Notes: generated by a model from the sequence alone, not told the origin. Shown: positions 1 to 10,948, counted from the stretch's first letter. The stretch is 64,000 nt of DNA from Candidatus Thalassarchaeaceae archaeon (GCA_045568115.1 JBJLBO010000001.1:82213-146212); one strand, 5' to 3'. Numbers and translations: made by a program.

Positions 1-3000
1 ACTAAGCTCTCATTTTGATCCAGCACCCCATCTCTGTTTATGTCATAACCATCGCCATCGGGATTATTGAGAGCATCTGAGCCATTCATTGGATTAATTC
101 CCTTATTCTTACTAGACCAAGAACATTGGTATCTTGCTTCCCATCCATCTGGAAGGGAGTCGCCATCAGAGTCGGGGTTATTTGGATCCGTTTTAACCCA
201 AGATTCAGCAGCACTAGCATTCTCCCCATGAGTAGGCAACCCTTCCCTGAGGACATTATCTAGTAAATTACCCCAAGAGTATTCACAAAGGTTAGACAAA
301 CCATCATTATCGGCATCCAAATCGGCATCAAGTGGATTTCTTGGGTCAAGAGTCCATTCATTTCCTCCATTATATGAGACACCCACCCATCGCCTATTTT
401 CAATCTCCCAACCGTCAGGCATTCCATCACCGTCGGTATCTGGATTTGAAGGGTCAGTTGGTCCATCTGACCCACCCCCAGAATCAGCTAATATCCAACC
501 TGATGAATGAACTCGGAAGGCATTTTCTCCCTCATCCTCGTCGCAGATGTAGTTTTCATTCGAGTAAAAACAGGAAAAATCTGTAGAATCAATAAACCAG
601 CCCCAGTACTCTTCACCATCTGTTAATCCATCATCATCAGAGTCTAAATTACGAGGATCAGTTCCATTGAATCCATTTTCACTGGAATTAATAAAACGAA
701 ACTCGTCTAGATTAGTCCAGTTTCTATTTATTTCAGTACCATCAAAATAGAATCTTATGCCATCAGAATCGGCATCTCTATTCCTATCGTTTGGATCAGT
801 AGGGTCAAGCCCATAGGCAAATTCCCAACCATCTGACATACCATCTAAATCCGAATCGGAAGATTGAGGATTTATCGGCATAATATTCATGTATCTACCT
901 GGAGAAATACCAGCGAAAACATATTGAGTGCCATTTTCATTGAATGTCGTGAGCGATTTAACGAGGCCCGGGAGTCTGGTATGATTTTCCTCAATACCAA
1001 TTACTCCCACATTGTTACCTTCGAGGCTCCATGTCCCATCTACTGAGCCAAGAATTATTTCATCCTTCAGTGCTAGAATAGAATGTATATCATTTGCCCC
1101 ATCCTCCCAGCCCTCAATGTTGAACATGCGATCATTTAGGAATGCTTGTCGAGGAAGACCAACGAGCAAATCTAAATCAATGTAATGAAGCCCACCAGGA
1201 GTCCCCATCCAAACCCCAGTCACCTCTGATAATGAGCCATCAGCGACTATAGGTCCAGCGGGTTCCATAACATTAACAACTGCAGATTTAGAAGAGTTTA
1301 GGAGATCTGCAAAATGAACAAAATCTTCTGCGTCTTCAGTGGTGTATATCCAGAAAGGAGAGCCTGCAGATGTAGTTCCATCAATGGTATCCCAACGAAT
1401 AAGACCAGAATCTGTTCCAACAAGAAGCATTGGTCCACGACCTGACATTTCAATATGAATTCCAGTCGTCAATGAAGCAGATGATTCGGATAATAATTCA
1501 ATTAATGGAGATACTGGCTCAATTGAAGAAAATGACGGAGGATGACCATCCTGAGTTGATGATGTGACTGAAGTCATCCATACATTTGCTCCATTCCCGA
1601 GTAACAATAAATCTAAGTTTCCACTTCCAGTTTCCATCTTAATTATCGATTTAACCGCGCCAATATCTGAATTAGTCATGGAATCCATAACTGGAAGACC
1701 ATTATTCATAGTGATACTATGGATTCCATGATTTGTTCCTATCAGAATTATGTCGCTGGTCCCAGTAGTCCATCTAATCATCGTATTCATTTTGTATTCA
1801 ACTGGTATCTCGTATCCATGACTATCACCCGAAAATGGATTTATGATTGTGAGTCCATATGAAGAGCCGACAATTAGGCGGTCGCGCCCCTGATCTGTAA
1901 TGACTGTGTGAACACCACCATCTACTAGCGGAGTACTACTAGATTGATCAAAGAAAAGAACATCTCCATCGGATTGTCCCTTGATTGAACCTCTTAAACC
2001 TGGTTTAACCCAGTTTCCACTATCTAGATGAACTAAGTATTCCTCATAATTACTAAATGATTCACCCCAAATTGCAGTTGCAGTAGATGAATCAGGAATG
2101 ATGAATCCGTCCCTATTAATATCCCAACCATCCATATCGCTATCAATTATTGAATCACTTGCGTTACGTGGATCTAAACCATAGTGAGCCTCCCAACCAT
2201 CTGGGATTCCATCTCCTGGAATTGCCAGACTAACAGGGAGGAGTTCACTCCAAGTATAGTAATCCGAATCACTTCTACGTGGGTCAGAACCAAGCCAGCC
2301 ATCATCTCCAGTAGGTCGTTCAATCTCTTTTTGGCACGCTTCCTCATGCAGATTCGGAATTTTCCCAGCACACCACAAACCATCTCTTTCTGTAATCCAC
2401 CCCTCAGGTGCACCAAACCAATATTCCTCTGAATTAGTGTATCTCTCTCCAATGTCTATTTCACCATCTCGATTCACATCAAATCCATCGCCACATCCCC
2501 ACTGACTAGCCTGCCTAATACACAAATCAGAGTCATCGGTTAAATCGTTATCATTTAGTGGATCGAAATAATTACAAGTCCATGAATTAGTTATTTGATC
2601 TTGGAATCCAGCTCCACCTTCGGTACACATGTAAATCTCGTACCCATCTGGTAAACCATCTCCATCGGTATCAGAAACTCGAGGGTCTAGATATTCCCTA
2701 AACCCAGATTCAGTTTCATCTGGTGGTTTTCCTGTAAGTGAAAGTCTTTTTGAAAAACATGTATCTAATGTCCATGGCCAACAATATTCCATTAATGCAC
2801 TCGCACCATCATTATCCAAATCACTTACATTGTCGGTTCCGTTCATTGGATCTAGACCATTAATGATTATTTCACCAAATGGAGTTTCAATAGTTCTTGA
2901 ATCTCCGAAAATCACTTCATGGACATCAGGTATTCGATCCTCATCTTGATCAACTGCAACTAACCCCTCTCCTGTTGTATCTATCGGATCGATAGAGGAC

Positions 3001-3089
3001 ACAGGTGACTGAGGACGAGTTTGGGAGATGAAGACTAGGCTACTTAGAATAAGTAGTGTTACTAAGAATGCCGTCTGTTTGCGACGCAT
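1..3089 (-). CDS. Large secreted/surface protein with DxDxDG Ca-binding (TSP3-like) repeats and a central predicted beta-propeller; 3'-partial, runs off the window start
   Basis: Not in the ORF track. Manual translation from ATG 3089 gives MRRKQTAFLVTLLILSSLVFISQ (signal peptide), then repeats such as DTDGDGLPDGYE, GDGIPDGWEAHYGLDP and DSDLDGMSDGWEFAYGLDP. I found no stop in this frame down to the window edge. Confidence 0.85.
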   Translation of the reverse strand, partial: MRRKQTAFLVTLLILSSLVFISQTRPQSPVSSIDPIDTTGEGLVAVDQDEDRIPDVHEVIFGDSRTIETPFGEIIINGLDPMNGTDNVSDLDNDGASALMEYCWPWTLDTCFSKRLSLTGKPPDETESGFREYLDPRVSDTDGDGLPDGYEIYMCTEGGAGFQDQITNSWTCNYFDPLNDNDLTDDSDLCIRQASQWGCGDGFDVNRDGEIDIGERYTNSEEYWFGAPEGWITERDGLWCAGKIPNLHEEACQKEIERPTGDDGWLGSDPRRSDSDYYTWSELLPVSLAIPGDGIPDGWEAHYGLDPRNASDSIIDSDMDGWDINRDGFIIPDSSTATAIWGESFSNYEEYLVHLDSGNWVKPGLRGSIKGQSDGDVLFFDQSSSTPLVDGGVHTVITDQGRDRLIVGSSYGLTIINPFSGDSHGYEIPVEYKMNTMIRWTTGTSDIILIGTNHGIHSITMNNGLPVMDSMTNSDIGAVKSIIKMETGSGNLDLLLLGNGANVWMTSVTSSTQDGHPPSFSSIEPVSPLIELLSESSASLTTGIHIEMSGRGPMLLVGTDSGLIRWDTIDGTTSAGSPFWIYTTEDAEDFVHFADLLNSSKSAVVNVMEPAGPIVADGSLSEVTGVWMGTPGGLHYIDLDLLVGLPRQAFLNDRMFNIEGWEDGANDIHSILALKDEIILGSVDGTWSLEGNNVGVIGIEENHTRLPGLVKSLTTFNENGTQYVFAGISPGRYMNIMPINPQSSDSDLDGMSDGWEFAYGLDPTDPNDRNRDADSDGIRFYFDGTEINRNWTNLDEFRFINSSENGFNGTDPRNLDSDDDGLTDGEEYWGWFIDSTDFSCFYSNENYICDEDEGENAFRVHSSGWILADSGGGSDGPTDPSNPDTDGDGMPDGWEIENRRWVGVSYNGGNEWTLDPRNPLDADLDADNDGLSNLCEYSWGNLLDNVLREGLPTHGENASAAESWVKTDPNNPDSDGDSLPDGWEARYQCSWSSKNKGINPMNGSDALNNPDGDGYDINRDGVLDQNESL

Positions 3090-3305
3090 GATATGACCTG
3101 GCCCTATAATATCAAGCGCTCTTGCTTGACTTATGATGGTGATGGAGCGTCGTTCGGACACAAATTAGAATTCGTAATTAATAAGCCACCTCATAATACT
3201 GGAATAATAAGTTTGGATTGATTCTATAGCGTTCAATAATCTAGTCATTTATTTAATCTATAGAGGTTGTTTCAAGTTGTGTATCCCTTCGGCTCTACTG
3301 ATTGG

Positions 3306-4115
3306 ATGAGTCTAGAGATTACACATCTTGGTAGTGGCAGCCGAGGAAATTCAGTTCTATTGCAATCAGATGAGGCAAAGATCCTCATAGACTGCGGTTT
3401 CTCACTCCGGCAGATTGAATCTAGGTTAGCGAAAATTAATGTCTCGGGCGATGAAATAGATGGGATCTTTGTGAGTCATCATCATGGTGATCATTCAAAG
3501 TCTGCAGTACGGGCATCAAAAAAGTGGGAAGCAAGGCTATATTCAAATCTAGAGACAGCCATTAAACTAGGAATTAGACCCATTGAGGAGGTCAGAACCT
3601 TCTCCAATCTAGAGAGAATCCAACTATCTTCAGACCTCAGTATTCTTCCTGTTCCCGTCCCTCATGATGATGCAGAAAATGTAGCATTTATTGCAAGTAA
3701 TGGAGATGGCCAGAGAGCCGCAATAGTAACAGATCTTGGTGAGTCCACTGTTGAATTAATGAAGCACCTTCATGGTTGTGAACATATTTCAATAGAAGCA
3801 AATTATGACCTTGGAAGATTAATGTCTGGTCCTTATCCACCCTCTTTAAAGCGAAGAATCTCGGGGCGCGGTGGGCATTTATCAAACGAACAAACTGCAG
3901 ATATATTATCTGAAATATGCCACCCAAATCTTTCTAGCATTGTTCTTTGCCATCTATCTGAAAAAAACAATGCACCACACCTTGCTGAAAGTGAGGTTCT
4001 CATGGAGATTGAAGGAAGGTTCAATGGAGACTTGTCAATCTCTTTACAAGATGGACCTGAATTCTCTCATTGGATTGGACAAGAAGATTCAGTTTCAGTT
4101 AGAAATATAGATTAA
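3306..4115 (+). CDS. MBL-fold metallo-hydrolase, YycJ/WalJ-like
   Basis: LGSGSRGN, IDCG, SHHHGDH (HxHxDH), VPHD, EANYD, GHLSN and CHLS motifs. ATG 3306 is preferred over the track's TTG 3267. Confidence 0.9.
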   Translation: MSLEITHLGSGSRGNSVLLQSDEAKILIDCGFSLRQIESRLAKINVSGDEIDGIFVSHHHGDHSKSAVRASKKWEARLYSNLETAIKLGIRPIEEVRTFSNLERIQLSSDLSILPVPVPHDDAENVAFIASNGDGQRAAIVTDLGESTVELMKHLHGCEHISIEANYDLGRLMSGPYPPSLKRRISGRGGHLSNEQTADILSEICHPNLSSIVLCHLSEKNNAPHLAESEVLMEIEGRFNGDLSISLQDGPEFSHWIGQEDSVSVRNID

Positions 4116-6643
4116 TAATGACCCATTATTGCTCTATGTACGGCGTTTTGGACATCTTTCATTCGGTCTACAGCACCTAATTCTCTGAAAACAGTTAGTG
4201 AACGTTGGAGATAATTCATTCTGGCCGAACGGTCTGACTCAACTTCACCCAAACGGGCTAGTAATTCACCCTGAAGTAGACGGAAATCATTTGCTTCTGC
4301 AACAACAAGACCATCGAGATAATGTTCTGCTGCCTCAGATTTTCTACCAACGTCACTCAGAACTTGTCCTAGAAGAATCTCGACCTCTACTGCACTATGA
4401 GGATCAGTTGCTTCTGAGAGAATCTCGAGGGCTGCAGAATAATGAAGAAGGGCGAGGTCATTATCCTTAATTTTAGCATAATATCTACCTAATACGGCCC
4501 TACTGCGAGCATGCAAAGATTCCTGATCATTTTCCTTAGTCTCATCATGAGCAGTCATTGCATGGTCTCTAGCTCTATCTAACTCATCCATTTCAAGGAA
4601 GGCAGCAGCTAACCTAATCCTTGCGTCCATTAACTCTGGATTCATCTCTACATCTAATAATTCTTCAACATTGCCGTACACTTCTAGAGCATGTCTAGTA
4701 TCTCTGCGTCTTCGGAAAATATACCCCATATTGATGTATGATTTTGCTGCACCAACCGCGTCTCTGCTAGATACCTGTATTTCCAGAGCTTGACTATGTA
4801 AGGCTAGGGCATCATCCATGGCACCGCGCTTTACTGCAATATCAGCACGTGCTGATAGCAAACTTGCAAGTCTGGAAATTTGCTTGTTCTTTCGTGCAAT
4901 TGGAATTGCGGCATCATATTCCTTTTCTGCCTCATCCCATCGCCCTTGTATAGATAGAATATCGCCTCTTAATTCTCGTATGAAACCCCAATTTAGTGGT
5001 TCAAATCCATCTGAATCGAGTCCTCGAAGGATTCCTAATAATTCTGTATGACCAGCCTTAACTAATCCACTACCTTCTTCCATTAGAACTTCGGCAAGTT
5101 GATCATAATCATTTGAAGCATCAAGATGGTGAATGAACTCTATCTTCTCAGCGGCAGAATTACTTCTTTTTCTATACCACTCAACCGCATTAGAATGAAG
5201 TTCCATCTTGAGAGAATCATCCATTGATCTAACTAAGAATTCTCTGACTAAATCATGCACATCATAATTTTCAGAATCGACACGGCGGGCGAGGCCTTTC
5301 TCTACCAATTCATCTAGAAGGTTAATATCAGCATTAAGTCCACTTAATGATTCAAGAGGCATGGGTTCCCTAAATACAGCGATTGCGCCCAATAGCCGCT
5401 TTTGCGAACCTGATAGTTTGCTAAAAATTTCTTTCTCAACAAATGCCTCTAAAGTGGCGTGGAAGGTCTCGCCAACGCTACCTCTATTGATTAGTTCTAG
5501 AACTAAAGGATGGCCTCGAGATAGTGTGTAAATATGCAAGAATTGTTGTAATTCAATATCTGGCATTGCTGACAGTATCTGTCTGCTAGAATCCTGATCA
5601 AGACCTTCTAACGGAATAAAGTGGGTTAACAAATTTCCTGAAGAGTCATTCTCGGGGACAATCATCCTAAATGAACGAGTGAACATTGCTAAACCAAATT
5701 CATCAGACTCAGGTACTTTGATTGCAATGGCCCTTAATATTGCAAAGAGGTTTTCATCAGCAACCTTGTGTAAATCATCAATGACAATTAATGCGGGAGA
5801 ATTATTCAGTCCTTCGATTAACATATTGGCTACAATTGTTGCCTGAGGGACTGCAGAAGATGAGATATAGTCGCCTAAATCACTACTACCAATCATTGAT
5901 AGCCATTCTGAGCAAGTCTCTAGAAAGGCTCTAGACCCTTCCCAATCTTGACATCGATGATACAGAAGATTACGACGATGTGTAAATCTTTCAATTAATT
6001 TCGCTGCTAATGCAGTCTTTCCAATTCCAGCAATTCCAGGAACAAGAAGTGTTGTGGAGCCGGCTTCCAAAATTTTAGCCATCTTTGAAATTTCATCCTC
6101 ACGCCCGTAAAATCGGCGGAGACGCGGTAAATCATTTAGTGAACTAACTAATTGTTTCTCAATATGTTTTGATAAATCTCTCTCAATTAAATCAGGAGAA
6201 AGTGAAGACAAATCAATAGTTCCGCTATCATCGATATAACGAAGAATGTCTACATGTCTGAGAGGCAACTCTGTAATTTGTAATGCTAATTGCAATTCAA
6301 CCATTTCAGATCTACCATCTGGATGGATTATTTTTACTGGTTGCTCACTTACTTTAGACCAGATTTGATCAGCTAGTTTAACACCCTCTGCAGTTAGAAA
6401 GTATGCTTTCCTCTTCCTTGAAACTCCAGACACATGGGCCTGCCTCTCAATAAGATGACCGGTTTCCTTCATGCCTGAAATTGCTCGGGGAACATTTGAC
6501 CTTGCAATAGCTACGGCATTAGCAATTCCCATTTGCGAAATAGCAAATGGAACTTCCACCTTGTCGGCATAATCAGCATAGTCTCTAAGATGAAGAAGAA
6601 TCCTTTCCTGAACCCCTGGTCGAGGCACAGCCATGCTAGTCAT
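4112..6643 (-). CDS. STAND (NB-ARC-like) P-loop NTPase with N-terminal winged HTH and C-terminal TPR repeats
   Basis: FYGREDE, Walker A GIAGIGKT, Walker B LIVIDDLH, GHPLVL (GxP motif) and VHDLVRE (MHD-like). N-terminal HTH-like segment SQMGIANAVAIARSNVPRAI; C-terminal TPR-like helical repeats. Confidence 0.85.
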   Translation of the reverse strand: MTSMAVPRPGVQERILLHLRDYADYADKVEVPFAISQMGIANAVAIARSNVPRAISGMKETGHLIERQAHVSGVSRKRKAYFLTAEGVKLADQIWSKVSEQPVKIIHPDGRSEMVELQLALQITELPLRHVDILRYIDDSGTIDLSSLSPDLIERDLSKHIEKQLVSSLNDLPRLRRFYGREDEISKMAKILEAGSTTLLVPGIAGIGKTALAAKLIERFTHRRNLLYHRCQDWEGSRAFLETCSEWLSMIGSSDLGDYISSSAVPQATIVANMLIEGLNNSPALIVIDDLHKVADENLFAILRAIAIKVPESDEFGLAMFTRSFRMIVPENDSSGNLLTHFIPLEGLDQDSSRQILSAMPDIELQQFLHIYTLSRGHPLVLELINRGSVGETFHATLEAFVEKEIFSKLSGSQKRLLGAIAVFREPMPLESLSGLNADINLLDELVEKGLARRVDSENYDVHDLVREFLVRSMDDSLKMELHSNAVEWYRKRSNSAAEKIEFIHHLDASNDYDQLAEVLMEEGSGLVKAGHTELLGILRGLDSDGFEPLNWGFIRELRGDILSIQGRWDEAEKEYDAAIPIARKNKQISRLASLLSARADIAVKRGAMDDALALHSQALEIQVSSRDAVGAAKSYINMGYIFRRRRDTRHALEVYGNVEELLDVEMNPELMDARIRLAAAFLEMDELDRARDHAMTAHDETKENDQESLHARSRAVLGRYYAKIKDNDLALLHYSAALEILSEATDPHSAVEVEILLGQVLSDVGRKSEAAEHYLDGLVVAEANDFRLLQGELLARLGEVESDRSARMNYLQRSLTVFRELGAVDRMKDVQNAVHRAIMGHY

Positions 6644-6703
6644 ATCAGTCGAGCATTACGATTTACTCAAGAACATTCGTACTGAATGAGATGTAATGCA
6701 TCA

Positions 6704-9700
6704 TCACTCAACATAATCTGGGTCGGGAATCCATTCTTGCTTCTGAGAGTCCCATAACCAACCGGGATGTTCTGAGGATTCTCCAACATCTTGTTCAGAT
6801 TCCCCTCCTGAGACTTCCTCTTCGAACTCCTCATCATTTTCAACTTCCAATGAAACTAATCCAGAAAGGTAAAGTCCAGCTCCAATTAACACGATTACCA
6901 CAATCGCAATAATTCCAATTACAGAAATATCCATGCCCTCGCTCTTTATTGACGGAGATATTGGAGTGCCTTCGATTGGAGATGAGCCACTAACCGAGAA
7001 AGTAGGGGCAATAGTTTTTGTAATCATTGAACCTGGAATTCCAATTATCCAAGTTGAATCATTACTAACCACAGTAGAATTTACCTGAATGCCGCCCAAC
7101 TTGACAGTTATCGCTTTCCCAGGAAGTCCTGTCCCTGTAAATACAGCAACTTCATCCGAAGAGAAAGTGGTCTTTTCTGGTTCATTAACTGTGAAAGACA
7201 TTGCCACAATTTCAAAGGATACTGGAGAAGAAATTTCTTTCGAGCCATGCTCATCTGTAGCTACAAATATCACATTATCAAGGGCCCAATTTGCCATATT
7301 ATCGTCATAGAAACGCATTGAGACCGGATCAAATACAGTCTCACCGTCAATTCCTACATTGATTACAACTCCGAACAGATCGTCAGCAGTACCCTCCACT
7401 CCATCATCGTATACAGATACGTAGAGATTTTCTATACCATCTAAGTCATCAAAATAATCGTACAAATTGAATCGAGCCTTTGTACATTGATCAAGAGATT
7501 GTGAATCAATTTCGCAATACAGAGTGTGCTGAGAAACCCAATTCGAATTGTCAAATGTTGGCTGATTATTATTTATTATCAGAGGATTGTCGGCAGTAAT
7601 CTGAATCTCCAACCAATCACTATAATCATAACCATCGTACGACCTTACTCTAATGTCATATTGATGATTATGATCCATATACATTCCAGAGTTCCATTCT
7701 AATATCCAAGAATCATCACTTTCAATATCGCTAACTACTCCATTGTAAACAATAATATTTCCATCTGTGACATCTATTACTTCTATATCCACTCTAGTAA
7801 TTTCTCCATCAAAATCAACAGCTGCACCCTCAATCGTTGTCAGTGGACCTGCAGAGTAGATTTGTCCATCCTGAGGAGAAATGAGGCTGACATATGGCGC
7901 AGAATTCCTATTATCAATTGTCAAGTCAATAACTACCGGAGTGCATTCATCAATTACGCCTAAACAGAAATCAGAGTCTGAAGCCCAAAAAAGGAATGAA
8001 TAATCAGATGATATCCTCGGCATCCCAGAAAAGTCCCATGACCAAGACCACTGAGTCCCACCCTCGGTTTCAGTTACAACGTGATAGTTCGGGCCTTGAA
8101 TTTCAACAAAAATACTAGAGATATCGACTCCACAGTTTGAAGGACATCCATACGAATCCTGAGCAAAACCGTCAAAGTTCACTACACCATCTGAATGTGT
8201 TGAACCCGAACTTGGAGAATTTACACTAATCGCTGGAGCAATTGTGTTCAATTTTATGGTGACACTGATGGTATCTGAGTAAACTAAACCATCAAATGAT
8301 CTAACCTGAAATGTGTAGTCGCCTTCTTGCATATTACTCATATCAATCTCGTAAGACCAACTGCTGAACGGATGATTATTTCTTGATACATGACCAAACT
8401 CAGAACCACTTGTATCTGTAGCAATTCCGGCTTGGCTCCATTCACTAGTAAGTGGATCCTTGACTTCAACAGAGTGGACATAACCTTGTTGATCCCACTG
8501 AGCGAGTTCGTCATTTTCGTAAATCCCTGCCCATTGACCATCAAAAGCAGATCCAGTCAGAGAAACTATTCTCCTAAACGATTTGCCATCATCTTGAGTT
8601 ACTGAAATTGAAGGAGGGAGGTTGACTAATGAAATGGTATCTTGATATGTTTGATCGGAGAGAGTGAATTGCCCCGAATCATAACCAAAACCAAATTTAT
8701 ATGCAGTAAATCTGTAAAGTGATAATTCCCGAGTTCCTGCCGAATGATCACAGTCGGGATCATCAGTATCTAGTAGTAAATCTCCATCATTATCTTCACC
8801 ATCAGAACACGAATCTTCATATTCATCATCTGCAAATCCATCGGGATTGTCTCCCCCTTGAAGTCCTCTAAAGTCAAGATGGAAATTCGAGGCTAGGGCA
8901 AACCACGGAGTATATCCGTCACTATCAGTTTCAAGACTGTAAAGATCATTTCCTAGAGCATCTTCGATCAGAATATTAGCATCCTCAACCCTTTCACCAT
9001 TAACAAGTGTTTGGAATCTTACTAATTCAGCTCTCTGAACTTGGACTGAATATTTAGTAGGTTGAGTGTTTATCTTTATATGAGACAAACTAATCTCTCC
9101 CGATAGATTTGAGAACGTGAAAACAGTAGAATTGTTGTCCATGTTCAAAGCCAATGGGAAGTCTCTTGGAGTATAATCAGGACAAGAGGCACATGCCTTG
9201 ACTTCAGTAGGTATAATTCCATTCTGCCAATTGTTCCCATAATGTGCTTCCTGATCATCCCAACTCAAAATCACAGGAGATTCCCCAGACTGTGGTGTAG
9301 AGATATACTCGGATTGCACTGTAACCGAAGATTTGGAAACATTATATGTTACGTCAACACCATTCCATTCATTATTAGAAAAGAATGCTAATGTCCCATA
9401 CTGCTGTGAACCAGCCTGACCATTGTTGTAATGCTGAAGAATCGCGCCGACACCCGATACATTGAATTCGTTCCGTCTAACATCTAAGATTCCGCCAGTC
9501 GATCTTATGGCGCCGGCTTCTCCAGTTGCACTTATCGCATTGTCGACTATTGTCGCTCCGGTTCTATGGACCATTATGGCAGGACACGGGAAATTCCCAC
9601 CCCACCAAGCATTACTCTGACAAACACTTGAACCATCCATCTCAATTGTGTTATTTGCGAAGTACAGGCGAGCGATACTAGGGGAACCGCCACTGCCATA

Positions 9701-10948
9701 TCTTCCTGCCACAACAGGTTCACGGCCCGTTTGCAGAATCGTATTGTTCTCCGCAACGACATCATATTCATCGAATAACCAAAGGCCATTCCAACCATCG
9801 ATTGGCCCAATTGTATTATTGTGAATATTTGCTATTGAACCCTTAATTGCAATTCCGGAACTATCTCCAGATCCTGAAATCTGATTATTATTTATGTTTA
9901 CAAGCGCATTATCATAGCCAGTTATTCCAGCACCTTCTATGGTTTCAATCAAATTATTTTCGATTTCGACGGTGTATTTTGCCCCACCAACAGATTTCGC
10001 ACCATAAACGTCAATCCCATTACAATTTACGTTAAACGTTACATTAGATACGACTCCGGCAGAACTTCGAATACTAAATCCATAATCGCCACTAATTACT
10101 GCAGAGTCCTCAATCCGAATAAAAGTCTCAGAGGCCCAAATCGCTGAACGTCCACCATCTCTCTGCCCGCATCCATTGTTTGTACTTTGGAAGTGTGAAT
10201 CTCGGAAAATCATAGGAGAAATTGGAGTTCCACCGCCATAAACTTGCACTGCTTGGCCGGCAACATCATTCTCTACGTCATTCCCAGCAATATAATCTCC
10301 ACCTAAAAATATAGGCTGAGCGAGATTAGTTGCTAGAACACTTGATGTTGCAATATTTTCGAAAGTCATCTCTTCCAATGTTGGACTAGCTCCATCAAGA
10401 ATTAGTGCTGCAAATTTATACTGATTTACAAGTTGGACATAAAATGGAATCCCCCAAGCACCTTGAAAGTGTAAATGCTGCATTCCAGACTGTGAAAGAT
10501 CCATTGAATCACGGAGAATAATACCCTCGCCACAAGAAGGATCTTCAATCCAAACCTTATTGCTTCCAGAACCTAACCCATAACATTCACCAGTGGCGCT
10601 TTCATTTTCGGGTTCTTGCCAATCTAGCAAGATAAAAGAAGATTGATCTGCATTAGAACTGGCTCCACAAGCTTGGAGACCAGCACATAGATTCCCACGT
10701 ATATCAAGAGATGTCCCATTAGGGAAGGAGATAATAGAACCCGGTTCTATTATCAGCTTAGCACCAGGAGATACTGTTACATCGCCTGTTAACTGATGTT
10801 GGCCACTCCAGACCTCAGTTCCTGTGATTGTACCGCTAGCAGTCTCATTTGCTGCCATTACTGGATAGGTGGGCCCTAATAGGGCCACCATAGTACTAGA
10901 AATCATCAGAAAAACAAGCATCTGACTTCGTGTTCTATCACCGAACAT
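6704..10948 (-). CDS. Large secreted parallel beta-helix protein with Ig-like domains and C-terminal membrane anchor
   Basis: Signal peptide; IxNNxI beta-helix repeats; repeated Ig-like units (YTFQVRSFDG, YDIRVRSYDG); C-terminal TM helix and acidic tail ending HPGWLWDSQKQEWIPDP. Confidence 0.8.
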   Translation of the reverse strand: MFGDRTRSQMLVFLMISSTMVALLGPTYPVMAANETASGTITGTEVWSGQHQLTGDVTVSPGAKLIIEPGSIISFPNGTSLDIRGNLCAGLQACGASSNADQSSFILLDWQEPENESATGECYGLGSGSNKVWIEDPSCGEGIILRDSMDLSQSGMQHLHFQGAWGIPFYVQLVNQYKFAALILDGASPTLEEMTFENIATSSVLATNLAQPIFLGGDYIAGNDVENDVAGQAVQVYGGGTPISPMIFRDSHFQSTNNGCGQRDGGRSAIWASETFIRIEDSAVISGDYGFSIRSSAGVVSNVTFNVNCNGIDVYGAKSVGGAKYTVEIENNLIETIEGAGITGYDNALVNINNNQISGSGDSSGIAIKGSIANIHNNTIGPIDGWNGLWLFDEYDVVAENNTILQTGREPVVAGRYGSGGSPSIARLYFANNTIEMDGSSVCQSNAWWGGNFPCPAIMVHRTGATIVDNAISATGEAGAIRSTGGILDVRRNEFNVSGVGAILQHYNNGQAGSQQYGTLAFFSNNEWNGVDVTYNVSKSSVTVQSEYISTPQSGESPVILSWDDQEAHYGNNWQNGIIPTEVKACASCPDYTPRDFPLALNMDNNSTVFTFSNLSGEISLSHIKINTQPTKYSVQVQRAELVRFQTLVNGERVEDANILIEDALGNDLYSLETDSDGYTPWFALASNFHLDFRGLQGGDNPDGFADDEYEDSCSDGEDNDGDLLLDTDDPDCDHSAGTRELSLYRFTAYKFGFGYDSGQFTLSDQTYQDTISLVNLPPSISVTQDDGKSFRRIVSLTGSAFDGQWAGIYENDELAQWDQQGYVHSVEVKDPLTSEWSQAGIATDTSGSEFGHVSRNNHPFSSWSYEIDMSNMQEGDYTFQVRSFDGLVYSDTISVTIKLNTIAPAISVNSPSSGSTHSDGVVNFDGFAQDSYGCPSNCGVDISSIFVEIQGPNYHVVTETEGGTQWSWSWDFSGMPRISSDYSFLFWASDSDFCLGVIDECTPVVIDLTIDNRNSAPYVSLISPQDGQIYSAGPLTTIEGAAVDFDGEITRVDIEVIDVTDGNIIVYNGVVSDIESDDSWILEWNSGMYMDHNHQYDIRVRSYDGYDYSDWLEIQITADNPLIINNNQPTFDNSNWVSQHTLYCEIDSQSLDQCTKARFNLYDYFDDLDGIENLYVSVYDDGVEGTADDLFGVVINVGIDGETVFDPVSMRFYDDNMANWALDNVIFVATDEHGSKEISSPVSFEIVAMSFTVNEPEKTTFSSDEVAVFTGTGLPGKAITVKLGGIQVNSTVVSNDSTWIIGIPGSMITKTIAPTFSVSGSSPIEGTPISPSIKSEGMDISVIGIIAIVVIVLIGAGLYLSGLVSLEVENDEEFEEEVSGGESEQDVGESSEHPGWLWDSQKQEWIPDPDYVE

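Noticed and set aside
3306..6643. MBL hydrolase plus STAND-TPR as an Avs1-like antiviral system
   Set aside because: The genes are convergent, the MBL protein looks like housekeeping YycJ, and no protease or other defence genes are nearby.
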